A stretch of DNA of 62,610 nt, filler included, from Globobulimina sp. (taxonomy: Eukaryota), in the NCBI GenBank assembly GCA_003354225.1. It is 27 parts of 27 records of this genome, joined end to end, with 100 filler letters (N's around TTAATTAATTAA, not from the genome) between each part and the next. Parts side by side here need not be neighbours in the genome. Positions count along the whole stretch, not along the records: positions 48,782 to 51,003 come from PIVH01008092.1; positions 51,104 to 53,325 come from PIVH01008093.1; positions 53,426 to 55,647 come from PIVH01008094.1; positions 55,748 to 57,968 come from PIVH01008095.1; positions 58,069 to 60,289 come from PIVH01008096.1; positions 60,390 to 62,610 come from PIVH01008097.1; 21 more parts are not named here. The stretch is one strand, 5' to 3'. Both the position numbers and the translations under genes were made by a program. Numbering within the stretch: the first letter of the stretch is position 1; each line of letters opens with the position of its first letter. The notes beneath the pieces were generated by a model, which had not been told where the DNA came from, made no database searches, and saw nothing but the letters and a program-made list of their open reading frames with translations. This document shows, one piece after another, positions 50,385 through 61,679 of the stretch.

Positions 50385-50455
50385 TATGCATTAAACGGAA
50401 GGTGATAGCAAATATGTGATATATGTTTGCTTGATATTGAATTAAATAATGCATA
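50385..50455 (+). promoter_or_regulatory. Candidate eukaryotic SECIS element in the SPS2 3'UTR (non-canonical)
   Basis: Helix I tatgcatta (50385-93) / taatgcata (50447-55); internal loop; core GTGAT (50402-06) / TGAT (50432-35); 11-bp helix II agcaaatatgt / atatgtttgct with two G.U pairs; apical loop gat. Confidence 0.75.
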
Positions 50456-50563
50456 GTTTTACTATATTAATTATTTACAGATAGTGTGTAAACAATTGAT
50501 TGAACAATCCGCCTCTTTGACATTAAGCAATATCTTATCTTTCAGTAACTTGACCGTAAAGCA

Positions 50564-51003
50564 ATGGCTCAGGCACAAGCGGTTGAAACAAATGGACAAA
50601 TAGAGGGTGGTGTGGATGCAGAAGATTTCCCAAACGAAGACGAACAAGATTCAGCATTAGTTGCATGGATAAATGAATATAAATTTCATAAAATGGTACG
50701 ATTTCTTACTATCTCAAACAGAAAATGATTTGAAAGAAATCGCCAAAGAACTAAAAATTAGCGTTATGCAACAAAAGAAAATGTTGTAAGCAGTTCAAAG
50801 AAAAAACAAAAATGGAACAAGAACAAAAACAAAACCAGAAATCTGTCCATTGCGACCAATCTGAAAAAAAAAATCTGACAACATTGCACATCCAAAGAAT
50901 AAGTGGGTAGAATCATTTGATACATTTGATTCACAACGAAAAGGACACAAAGTGCATCTCACAGACAATGCAAAAACAGCTTATGTGAAGAAAGATTTTA
51001 TTT
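50564..51003 (+). pseudogene. Disrupted gene with a SAM-domain-like segment
   Basis: MAQAQ...LVAWINEYKFHKM, a frameshift, then FLLSQTENDLKEIAKELKISVMQQKKML*AVQ. Confidence 0.4.
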
Positions 51004-51103
51004 NNNNNNNNNNNNNNNNNNNNNNNNNNNNNNNNNNNNNNNNNNNNTTAATTAATTAANNNNNNNNNNNNNNNNNNNNNNNNNNNNNNNNNNNNNNNNN
51101 NNN

Positions 51104-51952
51104 GGTTTGCCCCAACCTAAACGCAGCCGTTCGCCAAACAGATGATTGTCCTTCAACTCATTCAGCGCCATTTCGGCATCGCAGCGCCGAATATATGACA
51201 CAAAGCCGCATAGACGATCCCTTGCATGTTCCTGTTCGGTGCGAGGCCACATGATCTTGACTGAGCCGATGATGCCGTACCGGCCAAATATTTCAATCAA
51301 CTCCGTTTCGCAGATATTTAATGGTAAATTGCCGACATATAAGTTAGTGGAGGCGTTGTATTCCAAGTTGTTGGCGTGCGCAGTATTGGCGATATTGGGC
51401 AATAGCTCATCCTCATTGTTTTTTGGTGCATCGTAACTGCGATCATCCATTATTTGGTCCCTTTGCTGTCTGGCCTTCATTTCTTCGAATAATAAGTGTA
51501 TCTGTCGCGCACCGCCTTTTTTCTTGCGTAAGGAGGTGGATTTTTGCTGTTCTTTTTTCAATCTCGCCAAGTCTCTGGCGGTTAACTTGCGGGATGCTAA
51601 CTGTTGGAAGTTGGAAACACATAATTTTAGAATTTTCAATCAGTGTAAGGATGAATATTTTCACTAAACGATAGCAGCGGCAGTGGGCGGTTTGAATAAG
51701 TTGGATGTCGGGGTGTAATGTTTAGGCTTTTCGGGGTTTAGCGGGGTTTGTTTATTATTGTTTGGATCCAATGATCCGCCGTGAACAAAACTGTGTAAAT
51801 TTAATATTTCTTATCCTGGCACTGCGGCACATGTGAATTGTGAAAGTGATGCAGTTTAACTTTGTGGTGTTGCAATTGTTGTGGTCTGATGGACCGTCGA
51901 ATGATTTAACAAATGTCGCATACACATCGGCGAGATGTTGTTGTTCATTTTT
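51104..51952 (-). CDS. U2SURP: U2 snRNP-associated SURP motif protein (SR140), N-terminal multi-exon part including the RRM; further 5' exon(s) probably extend to about 52216
   Basis: TNLYVGNL...FGRYG.IGSVKIMWPRTEQEHARDRLCGFVSY...LRLGWGK. Upstream exons encode LADVYATFVKSFDG and FVHGG. Confidence 0.92.
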
Positions 51953-53074
51953 CTGCAGATTTCAAGTGGATGGTTGGTGCAATTTGTTTTATTTAAAAGT
52001 GCATTTTAGTTAATTAATGTATTAAATATTGCCAAACTGATACAGACAACAAAAAAAGGGAAATGAATGGATGAATTAAGTTGTCGTGGTGTTGATTTGT
52101 TTTTTTTTTGGTGTAGGAATAACTGAAGTCGATTTCTTGGTGTTTTGGTGGTTTAGGGATTGACCAAATGGAGTTGGATCGGATTTTGCTTTGTTGGGAT
52201 TGATGGTGAACTTCATTGGTGACCTGACTTCAAGAAAATCTTTAATATCATGTGACAAAGACTGGAAATGTGGAAACGTTCGTCTCGATTAAAGTTCTTT
52301 GTATGGTGGTTAGCACATAATATTCTTCATATACAAGCTGACCTACATGAACCTACAAATCCGTGTAAATTTGTGTATACCTAATATGAACTAGTTGCAT
52401 ATTTGGTATACTCTTCAAAACTTAAGAACTCAATTTGTAGGTTTATTTTTGCATATTTCCATATATATGTACAAGCTATACAGAACATTCTACATTCGTT
52501 AGCATAGAATTTAATAACATTCTACATATCTGTTATTAAATTTCACTCTTTTTTTAATATGTACATGTATTTAATCAATTTGTGATCTGATTTTTTTTTA
52601 TTATCTGTACAAAAATGCAAATTACAAAATATAAAATACAAAACACAAAAAAAAACTCTTTACATTCAACAAGCACAGTGAATAAGGATAGAGTGAAATA
52701 GTTATGTTTTGGATAAAACGTAAAAATATTGAAAAACAATTAAAATTAAACGTAAAACATTCAAATAATTATCATGAAAAACAATATATTTTTATTTAAA
52801 CAAACTATTTTTAAAAAATAACCAAAAAACAACAAACAAACACTTTAATATCAATAACAAATTACAAAATTGTTTCCTTTTTATATATTTTTATTTATAA
52901 GCAAATAATATAAAACAATCTGAAACGAAACATTAAACAAAGGACATTGACCACTTATGCCGGTCGAATAAGTGCTTGGTTTTAAATCGGATTGTTTTTA
53001 TACAAAGATATAAAGAGTAAAAAGGTTAAGTGTGCGGAAGGTGGGTAAAAAAACACACATTCAAACATTCAGAG

Positions 53075-53325
53075 TCAGCGAATTTTTACCTTCATCATCT
53101 TTTCATCATCGAATCGGGCAAATGCTTCAATTGTGTTTGGGGTGAAGTCATACATAAAATATTCATCAACAACAAATAATGGTTCTTTGTCTGTTTTTGC
53201 TGCAAAGAGCGATGAAAAACTGGTTTTATACGATACTAAAGACAGCAAATGTAAATGCACCAATTCACTACACATCGCAACAACATTTTCATCGCTAAAT
53301 CCGTCTTTTAATAAGTCATTGGTTT
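53075..53325 (-). CDS. Coding exon, possibly the end of a DEP-like domain
   Basis: NVVAMCSELVHLHLLSLVS...FVVDEYFMYDF, open from the contig edge, with a gtaaaa donor at the end. Confidence 0.3.
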
Positions 53326-53425
53326 NNNNNNNNNNNNNNNNNNNNNNNNNNNNNNNNNNNNNNNNNNNNTTAATTAATTAANNNNNNNNNNNNNNNNNNN
53401 NNNNNNNNNNNNNNNNNNNNNNNNN

Positions 53426-53986
53426 TTTGATTCCATCCATTCGTTAATATTTGTTCTTGATATATCTCAATATGATGAATTTGATGCAAATGGTAACAAC
53501 AAATTGGTGGACGCATTCAATGCATTTAATTCATTTTATAATGATAAGGAGAACAATAATTATTTGGATGAGCGGTGGTGTCATTACGGTGGACCTGAAT
53601 TAGAATTAAAAGATTTCCCCCGTGCACATACAGCGGGTCTTTATTGTGAGAAAATTGGTAAATGTGTGATATTCAGTAAAATGAATAGATTTAAACACAA
53701 ATTATTGAACGATAAGATAGCAATTAATAAATGTCCTTTATTTAAGGATTATAATTATGATAAATATAAAAATAAAACAGAAGATATATATACGTATACT
53801 GATTATACGCGGGTGACATTAAGATTTATGGAAAACAAATTGAAAACACAAACAAATAGAAAATCAAAAACAGAAATACTTTGGTTTACTATGCCCTTTT
53901 TTATAGATATAAAAAACGTGATTGACATTATATTTCCGGCTCTAAGAAGGAGATATAATGGGTGCTCTATAAACAGCAAATTTTGA
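53426..53986 (+). CDS. Divergent heterotrimeric G-protein alpha-like protein, C-terminal half
   Basis: FDSIHSLIFVLDISQYDE...NKLVDAFNAF...VIFSKMNRFKHKL...CPLFKDY...IDIKNVIDIIF follows the order of the G-alpha C-terminal half. Confidence 0.75.
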   Translation, partial: FDSIHSLIFVLDISQYDEFDANGNNKLVDAFNAFNSFYNDKENNNYLDERWCHYGGPELELKDFPRAHTAGLYCEKIGKCVIFSKMNRFKHKLLNDKIAINKCPLFKDYNYDKYKNKTEDIYTYTDYTRVTLRFMENKLKTQTNRKSKTEILWFTMPFFIDIKNVIDIIFPALRRRYNGCSINSKF

Positions 53987-54100
53987 TGACTGGAATCGGA
54001 TTTAGAGCCGATAAAGTTTTCAACTGCTACTACTGAGAAGTTTTCGTATGAAATCCCCTAAAACCGGAATCACATAATAATTATACAAAATTATTTACTT

Positions 54101-55362
54101 TTATACATGTTGATGTTGAATGCTTCCATTCAAGAAAACTTGTTCAATTGCATAAGCAGCTTGTTTAGGTTGTAAATTTGCATCAAACGGCAAAGGGTGT
54201 TGGCTTTCTCCTAACCACGTATACTTATCCGTATATCCTGTAGCAAATAGAAAATATACAAAATATATACAATACAAATATAATAAAACATAACCCCATG
54301 ATTGGAAATTCTTACACATTTTGACAGCTCGACATGCCCTCAAAACAGTTTGATACACAACAGCTTCCGCATTGGCATCGTTGGATGGATCTTTCACGTC
54401 CATTTCTGTGATATGTATCTCGATCCCTAAATTGGCATAACGCTGCATATTGGCAACAATGCCATTATAATCCACTGCATTTGTATCCAAATGAGCCTGC
54501 ATTCCAATGCCATCCACTTTAATTCCTACATAGTTTATATTTGTATATGTTTATATTTATGTTATTATTATATTGTTATACCGGACTGTGTCATATTTCT
54601 GATCATATTGTAAACTGCGTCGGCTTTCGCTTTCATCCATGATTGACTCATCAAAATATTATAATCGTTATAAAATAATTTAACATTTGGATTTGCAGCT
54701 TTTGCATATCGGAAAGCCAAACTTACATAATCTGCAACTTTTGGATACCACACATTTGCTTTGAATAAGTTGTTATTGGATGGACTGTCATTGACTGCCT
54801 CATTCACCACATCCCAGCCATAGACCCCGGCGCCATAATGTTTAACCACTGTCGTGATGTGATTGTTTAATATTTGCTTTAATTGATCCGCATTAAAATT
54901 ACCATTTTGAAGCCAATTTGGATTATATTGACCCTGTGTTATGCACAAAATGTATTAATGTCTGTGTGTGTTTTAATGCTTTATTGTTTCAATGCATACC
55001 CAGCAAAGATTATGGCCTCTAAATGTCATTGAATTGGATTTGGCAAAATTTTGAATATAATCACATTGCGTGAAACTGAATTGCTGTTTATTGTGTTAAA
55101 TTGTATAATTATATGTGTACATAATCTAAATATTAACATTTTGCTGTGGCTCTGTAGCCCCCCATTTGCACGCATTTTCAGCGGTGACTAAGTCATATTG
55201 CTGTGCACCAACAGTTGCATAATTTTTATCTTGATTTAAATAACCATAATTTAACGCTGCACCAACCATAATGCCCGCTCTTGCTGCTGCTTGGCGTAAT
55301 GGCATCTCGAGGGCTCCATTACATACATTTGCTATCAACACTGACAATAAAAACGAAAGCAT
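54101..55362 (-). CDS. Secreted GH10 endo-1,4-beta-xylanase (342 aa); exons 55362-55138, 55083-55000, 54933-54582, 54525-54295, 54237-54101
   Basis: Signal peptide; TAENACKW, RGHNLCW, WDVVNEA (acid/base Glu), LFYNDYN, DGIGMQAH, ITEMDV (nucleophile Glu), WGYTDKYTW. Four GT-AG introns of 54, 66, 56 and 57 nt. Confidence 0.95.
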
Positions 55363-56230
55363 TATTGAGTTTGACTTGTATCAAAAAAAAACGCCTAAAA
55401 AATGTTTTATCTGCAGCTGTGGCGATATATCGCAGTGTGGAAAACTTAGTCTTTAATATTAAACTATCACAGGACATTATTAAATATGTGAGCAATTAGA
55501 ACAGTAACAACGAATTCATTATATGTGATTACATAAATATTCACAAAGAGTTGTGTTACATTATTTATGTTACACTGCAAATTATAAACAAACACAATCC
55601 TTGTTCATGAATATAAATTGTTTTGTTCATATTTAATTATATACAAANNNNNNNNNNNNNNNNNNNNNNNNNNNNNNNNNNNNNNNNNNNNTTAATTAAT
55701 TAANNNNNNNNNNNNNNNNNNNNNNNNNNNNNNNNNNNNNNNNNNNNCTCTGGTAACCTAGTACGGTATACTACGGTACAACTTGTACGTACAACAAGTA
55801 CTTTAGAATAGGACCTGTTTGAAACACATTGTTTTTAAAATTCGCAAGTGTTTTGTTAGGAGATGGTGATGACGTTTCGCAAATTCGCAAGTCGTTTCGC
55901 AATTTTTGTGCTATAGATAAAATTATTAAATGTGCTATAGATAAAACGTACCATTTGTGATTGATACGAGAAAACATGAAACGATGACATAAATTATAAT
56001 TTGTTGTAGTAAATACGTATACATAGATATAGGTGAGTTTAGTATGTAGTTTGTTGTGCAATCCGTGAGTATGTAAGTAGATTAGTTGCAGACTTAGTTA
56101 CTAAGGTAGAAAAATAGTACATTTCTGTGGTGAAATATGTTTCGAGTTAGGTTTCTTCAAAACACTAAGAAATTGTATGCATAGTTAGCTGTTTTACTAT
56201 GAGACAAAAAGTCAAATTAAACAGAAAAAA

Positions 56231-57223
56231 TTATATTAAAATAGGTTGTTTGGATGTGATAATTGTTGCCGTTTGACGGATATTTTCCGGCGCCTTTAAA
56301 ACAGCATAAAAGAACTTTGAATAAAAATAAAACCAAATTGAATTTAATATAAACTCTATGCATAATAATATTATATATGCAGCTGTTGATCCATAGACTG
56401 ATTCGTGTTGCTCCGCGATACCTAAATAAGTGTCATGTCATTATCGTATATGTTATAATATAGAAATTATATAGAAAAATACCTAAAATAATCAATAAAA
56501 AGATAATAATTAGATCCATTACCATATATAAACCAAAACAAACAATAAAAAATGGTTTTAATTTTCGACATCCTCTCCATGCGACAAGAATAAATATCAT
56601 ATTAATACCATATTGAATCATACTCGTTGTTCCCCAATAAGCCACCAATAATACAAGAGTTATTTCCTATACATATATACACCAATTTAATTATATTATA
56701 TTATATATTTAATATATCACCACTTAACAAAAACAATTATTAATATACGGCATTGAATTTTACTCTGTTTGGTTAGAAGACGAATGATTTCGTCAGTTTG
56801 GGTAGTTCTGGCTTGAACAGGATTTGGTTCATGGTCAACTGTTACGCCATGACCAGGTTTTGTAGCGTTATCATTATCAATTGCGATTTGAATAGCACTC
56901 CAATCCGAATCATCTGATAATTGTAACTCAATGACAGTGCCTTGTCTTATATTATACTCAGAGAGTTTCATATCATCCGATGATAATTCCACCGATAATT
57001 CTTTGCTGTCAGCTGTTTCAGCTAATCGAAGGATTAATGTTTGTTGATGTGTTTGTGGAATAGATAATGATTTCTCAATTTCAAATTTAAGCTCAGCAAC
57101 ATTGAAATCAGGCAAAATCGATAGCATATTAACATCATTTATTGATAATTTATCATTAATTACCTGTATTTTAACTCGAACACGCTCACTCTCATCCAAC
57201 AAAGTCATATCGTATGTTGCCAT
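56231..57223 (-). CDS. Ubiquitin-like domain plus a C-terminal ~4-TM region; introns 56728-56667 and 56482-56422
   Basis: VAELKFEIEKSLSIPQTHQQTLI...DDMKLSEYNIRQGTVIEL is Ubl-like. The spliced downstream exons are hydrophobic and end in TAA at 56233-56231. Confidence 0.75.
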
Positions 57224-58068
57224 GATGCTTTCTATTCTCTCAAAAGTTTTCCTGTTTGAAAATGTTAAACGATAAGTTATGAAATGTTAAACGATATCTT
57301 CTTCTTCTTCTTCAATGAAATGTTTAACCGATAAGTTATGGCCTGGAAATGAGACGAACTGACCAATTGAGGCAGTGATATATTGAGATATAATATGGTT
57401 TAGTATAGAATATACATTACAAAGTAGTTCAATTCATAAGAATAATGTTTAATACAAAATAAAAACAAAACTGGTATTATTATTATTTCCCTGGGGCATA
57501 ATGCGTTATTAGAAATATAAAATATCGATCCCAAAAACAGATAAAGTTCAAATAACAAAAGCTTGTAAAAAGAACAGATAAAAACAAAAATAAAAGGGGA
57601 GATAGAACAATATATAATATATATCGATCCAACAAAAGAAATTAAACACAAGAAAAAAAGAACGCGGCAGTACTAGAATAATATAATAATAGTTCAAAAA
57701 AAAAATATAAGAAAAAAAATATAATATGAGAAAAAAAAGAAACACATTGTTTATACATAATGTATAATTATTATTTATTCTTTGTTTCTTGTGTTCTAAT
57801 TAAACAAAATTTTTTCAAGTTTTCTTGAATAGAATGAAACAGTCAGAAAAACGAAATAAGGAAAAAATATAACACAAAATCCAACAGGTTATAACGATAC
57901 AAATGTGAAGGAAAAAAAAATTGGAAGGAATGGAACGACAGAAATTACAAAAAAATGAGAGAGAAAAANNNNNNNNNNNNNNNNNNNNNNNNNNNNNNNN
58001 NNNNNNNNNNNNTTAATTAATTAANNNNNNNNNNNNNNNNNNNNNNNNNNNNNNNNNNNNNNNNNNNN

Positions 58069-59034
58069 ATGCAATGCCCGAAACATTTCAAACATATAAG
58101 CATGGATTTTCATAATAAATCGCATCTGTTCGCAAGCAATAATCGTGGCGGAGGCAACGGGCAAATTCAAATACCGAATGAGTTGGAATGGAATGTAAAT
58201 TACCGGCGCAATTAAACAGAAATAGAAAGAGCCAAAATTTAATCGATCAACGGACCGTAGTCTGTATTGATGGAACAAGGTAACGAATAAAAAGGAATAC
58301 ATAAACATTGCGCACCAAATTAAAAATACTTTATCCTATTGGCCAAAATTCGAACTTAATAACTCAAAGTTGTACAGCACCCCTTTTTCCAAGGCTTCGT
58401 TTGTTAATATTCCAGTTAAGAAAACAATTAATATCGCAAAGCATATGTGATATAATGATGTTATTTCGGCCATGTTCGCTAATTCGCGAGCTGTGATTGG
58501 ACTGAATCGATTGAAAAACCTTCGGTAGCAAAATTCCTTTTTTTTGGTTCCTTCATTGCTTTTTGTGTTTGATGGTCTGTTTCTTTTTGAAAATGATGGA
58601 AAATTCGCACTGTTGGGAGCATTTTGCGGATGCTGTTTACCATTAATATGAGATAGGAATACTTGCGATTGCATCATTAAGTGATCAGAGATTAAGAATT
58701 GTAATAATTTCCATTTATGTCTGCTTAATAGCGGATAAATGCTTTTGTTGATCGGAATGTTGTTTGTTAATTCTTGCGATTCCTCTTTGAATGCTATTAT
58801 TTCCATGTAATGTGTATCGATATCCATTTTATTATCATTGTCATTATTTTTGTGTTCAGAGTAATGACGAATGAATGTTAATATATGTTGGAGAAGTGGT
58901 GATTTTTGAGATAATGAGGCGATGATATCATAACAGGTAGTGGATGAATCTGCTTTTATTAATATTAATTCGTTTGCGACAGTAAATTGTTGATTGGCAG
59001 AGCTTATTTTGATTATTACTGACAAGTCTGACAT
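58069..59034 (-). CDS. Sterol O-acyltransferase (SOAT/ACAT, MBOAT), N-terminal half, interrupted by one in-frame TAG at 58338-58336
   Basis: EITSLYHICFAILIVF...FELLSSNFGQ*DKVFLIWCAMF...LPVASATIIACEQMRFIMKIHAY is collinear with SOAT1 (IRTIYHMFIALLILF...[22 protein letters not shown]...[23 protein letters not shown]). Confidence 0.85.
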
Positions 59035-59311
59035 AAGGGAAGTTATGATTTCTTAGTATTGCGTTTTTTTAGCTGTTTGTTGTTGACAGAATCAAGAATA
59101 CTATTTTAGTATTCTTGAATTTGGCAACGGAATATTTATAAATGGAAATAATCAAATAACAGCAAAAACAGCCATCAATAGCAAAAACATGTATTAAAAT
59201 AAATAATTATGCAATTCTAACTCAAAATAAATTACGTATACACATTTTTTATAATACATAGTATTTCACAGTTCACACAATTTGTTTCTTTTATTACAAT
59301 TATTAATTATA

Positions 59312-59419
59312 TTAATCCTCTTCATCTTCCTCCTCATCATCAGTATAAACATCATAACCATCATCAACGTCTTCATCCCCTCCACCCGCTTTTATCCCAT
59401 CATCAACACCATCCACAAT

Positions 59420-59476
<57 letters not shown>

Positions 59477-60289
59477 GTCATCATAAAAAATATTATCAAC
59501 GTCCTCATCATACCCATCCTCTTCTGAATGTCCAATGGTGTCATCTCCACCTCCGATGGTCATCATATTATCAATAACATCCTCATCCTCATAATCATTA
59601 TCAATATTATCAACGTCTTCATCGTATACATCCTCTCCTGAATCCCCACTGGTTTTTACCACATTCATATCAGTCATCTCCACCTTCAAAATATTTGTTA
59701 TCATATCGCCCTCAGTGCCGCTCATTGACATTACTTGTTTATGCACCGGATTCGTCCAAAAATCCATCTCATTGTTAGTCTTCTTTCGAAATGTATTCTC
59801 CTCTTCATCCTCATCTTCATTCATCGATGCGATCCTTTTCCTTTTCTTCATCATATTACGTCCGACCACAATCAGTCCAAAACAAAAACAAATCAAACCA
59901 ACCACGCCAACAATATAGATCCACGAACCTAACAATCACAAAATATAATTCAATACAATTTTATACAAACAATATTTTGAAACAGCATGTTTTTAAATTA
60001 TCCTCGCACACAAAGCATATATCGATGGTGCATGGCCAGTTTCGCTAGTTTCAAAATAAAAAGATTCAAATAAAATAACCTGAATTCGTCCAATTCGAAA
60101 TAAAACTTCCCTTTTTTGTATCTTTTGTGTCATTATCATATCCATCCTCAGTTACAATGGTTGTATCCATCACTACCTCCACCTGACCACTATTTATTGG
60201 AAAATTTGTTGGTGCATTGCTTGGATTTGCGGTCTGCCAATCAAACAATGGCGACATCGTAGGCATCTCCACCGGATTCCCAGTGGGTG
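59312..60289 (-). CDS. Single-pass membrane protein C-terminus: PT-rich stalk, TM helix and poly-Asp cytoplasmic tail
   Basis: PT.xPT stalk exon, TM segment WIYIVGVVGLICFCFGLIVV, basic stop-transfer, and a (GAT)n run at about 59420-59483 encoding poly-Asp. Confidence 0.7.
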
Positions 60290-60389
60290 NNNNNNNNNNN
60301 NNNNNNNNNNNNNNNNNNNNNNNNNNNNNNNNNTTAATTAATTAANNNNNNNNNNNNNNNNNNNNNNNNNNNNNNNNNNNNNNNNNNNN

Positions 60390-61679
60390 CATAAAGAAAA
60401 CCAGAATGATAACCAGTGAAATATACAGTAATATCTATTCCTGCGCTTGTAATATTTACATGCTCGCATGAATATGAACCAGTACAATAAACCTGTGACA
60501 TTTTTGTTATTATTGTGTTTTCACATGAGCCTTCCCCAAAACAATATACAGTTCCTCCATTCCCAGCAATAGATGCATAGGAACATGCAGCAGCAGCAGA
60601 ACATTCAACCATTAAATCATTACTATTCGATATTATCTTTGCATTACTATAACATGAACGAACTCCACTGCATACAACTGAGGCTCCATTGCTATCATAT
60701 GATATTAAAGAACCACGGCATGCCTTTGCTCCTCTGCAACATATTGGGCCAACATTTGTTGTGAAAATAAGATCTTTTCCATGATAATGTTCTTGATAAT
60801 TATCAAATCTTTTATCATCGATTTGTTTTGAACATTCCTCTTCATTCCTTGTTGTTATTTGTGTCGAATTCCAAAATAAAATTTCTTTCGCATTCTGTTT
60901 TTGATTTAATTTATAAAATATATATTAGTATACGTACGTTTTTGTGGTCGGATTAAATGTCAACATACCAATTTTAAACCGGTGTTTGGCGACAATGACA
61001 AAATACTCTCATTAATAATATTACATTGTGCATTGTCATCGCATATTAATGAGAGTCCACCACATCCATTATAACCACAATATATATTACAAACACTCCC
61101 TGATTTACAATTAATAGTGGCTTGATAACCTGCATAATATCCATACAAATATGCTTTAAAAGTACCAGATATAATATTTATGGTTGTTGCAAATAATGAC
61201 AATGCTCCATATCCATATAATGTACTTGGAAAATAACTATCCGATGAAATTGTCGAATGTGCACACGATTTATCACCATGACAATGAAGGTATGGATAAC
61301 ATTCAGTTATATTCCAAACTGACAGTAAATGACATTCCCAGCTTGTGATTGATATATTTGTATTCATTAATGAGTGTGCTCCAGTTGCCAAAGTACTGCG
61401 TGCTTTAATGGATTGGGGATATCCACTATTTGAGCATGAAGATGTTCCATGACAGGACAAGTCAAATACTGCAAAAGACGTTTCGTTGCAAGATAATGCA
61501 GCGGAACAATAGAGACAATCAACGTACGTTGATGATTGGAAAAAGCCTTTATAATCATATCCAGGGGAAATATCGTCATATATTTGACATTCACAGTACC
61601 AGCATTCTTCATAATAATCATCGGTTACATACTGAGTATGAGCATAGCCAATAAAATATAATAAAAAAAGAGAGATCAT
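60390..61679 (-). CDS. Secreted Cys-rich repeat protein (CxGxxSC repeats), 3' incomplete; intron 60968-60895
   Basis: Signal peptide from ATG 61679 and repeats CSAALSC, CHGTSSC, CHGDKSC, CRGAKAC, CSGVRSC, CSAAAAC, CFGEGSC, CTGSYSC. A 74-nt phase-0 intron joins both ORFs. Confidence 0.85.

Noticed and set aside
57400-57968. Hydrophobic F/I/L/Y-rich ORFs here and at 166-405, 1907-2276 and 45382-45598
   Set aside because: They are translations of A/T-rich non-coding sequence.
801-59034. Genome-wide stop-codon reassignment
   Set aside because: TAA, TAG and TGA each end genes at expected positions (AP4E TAA, Bet1 TAG, 3396 ORF TGA), and long ORFs of 450-750 codons contain no internal stops.
59282-59527. 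Poly-Ile hydrophobic ORF
   Set aside because: It is the antisense reading of the (GAT)n poly-Asp tract.
2225-60389. Regularly spaced TTAATTAATTAA repeats as a CRISPR-like or biological periodic array
   Set aside because: They are embedded in N runs, identical, and separate size-sorted contigs, so they are an assembly-concatenation linker.
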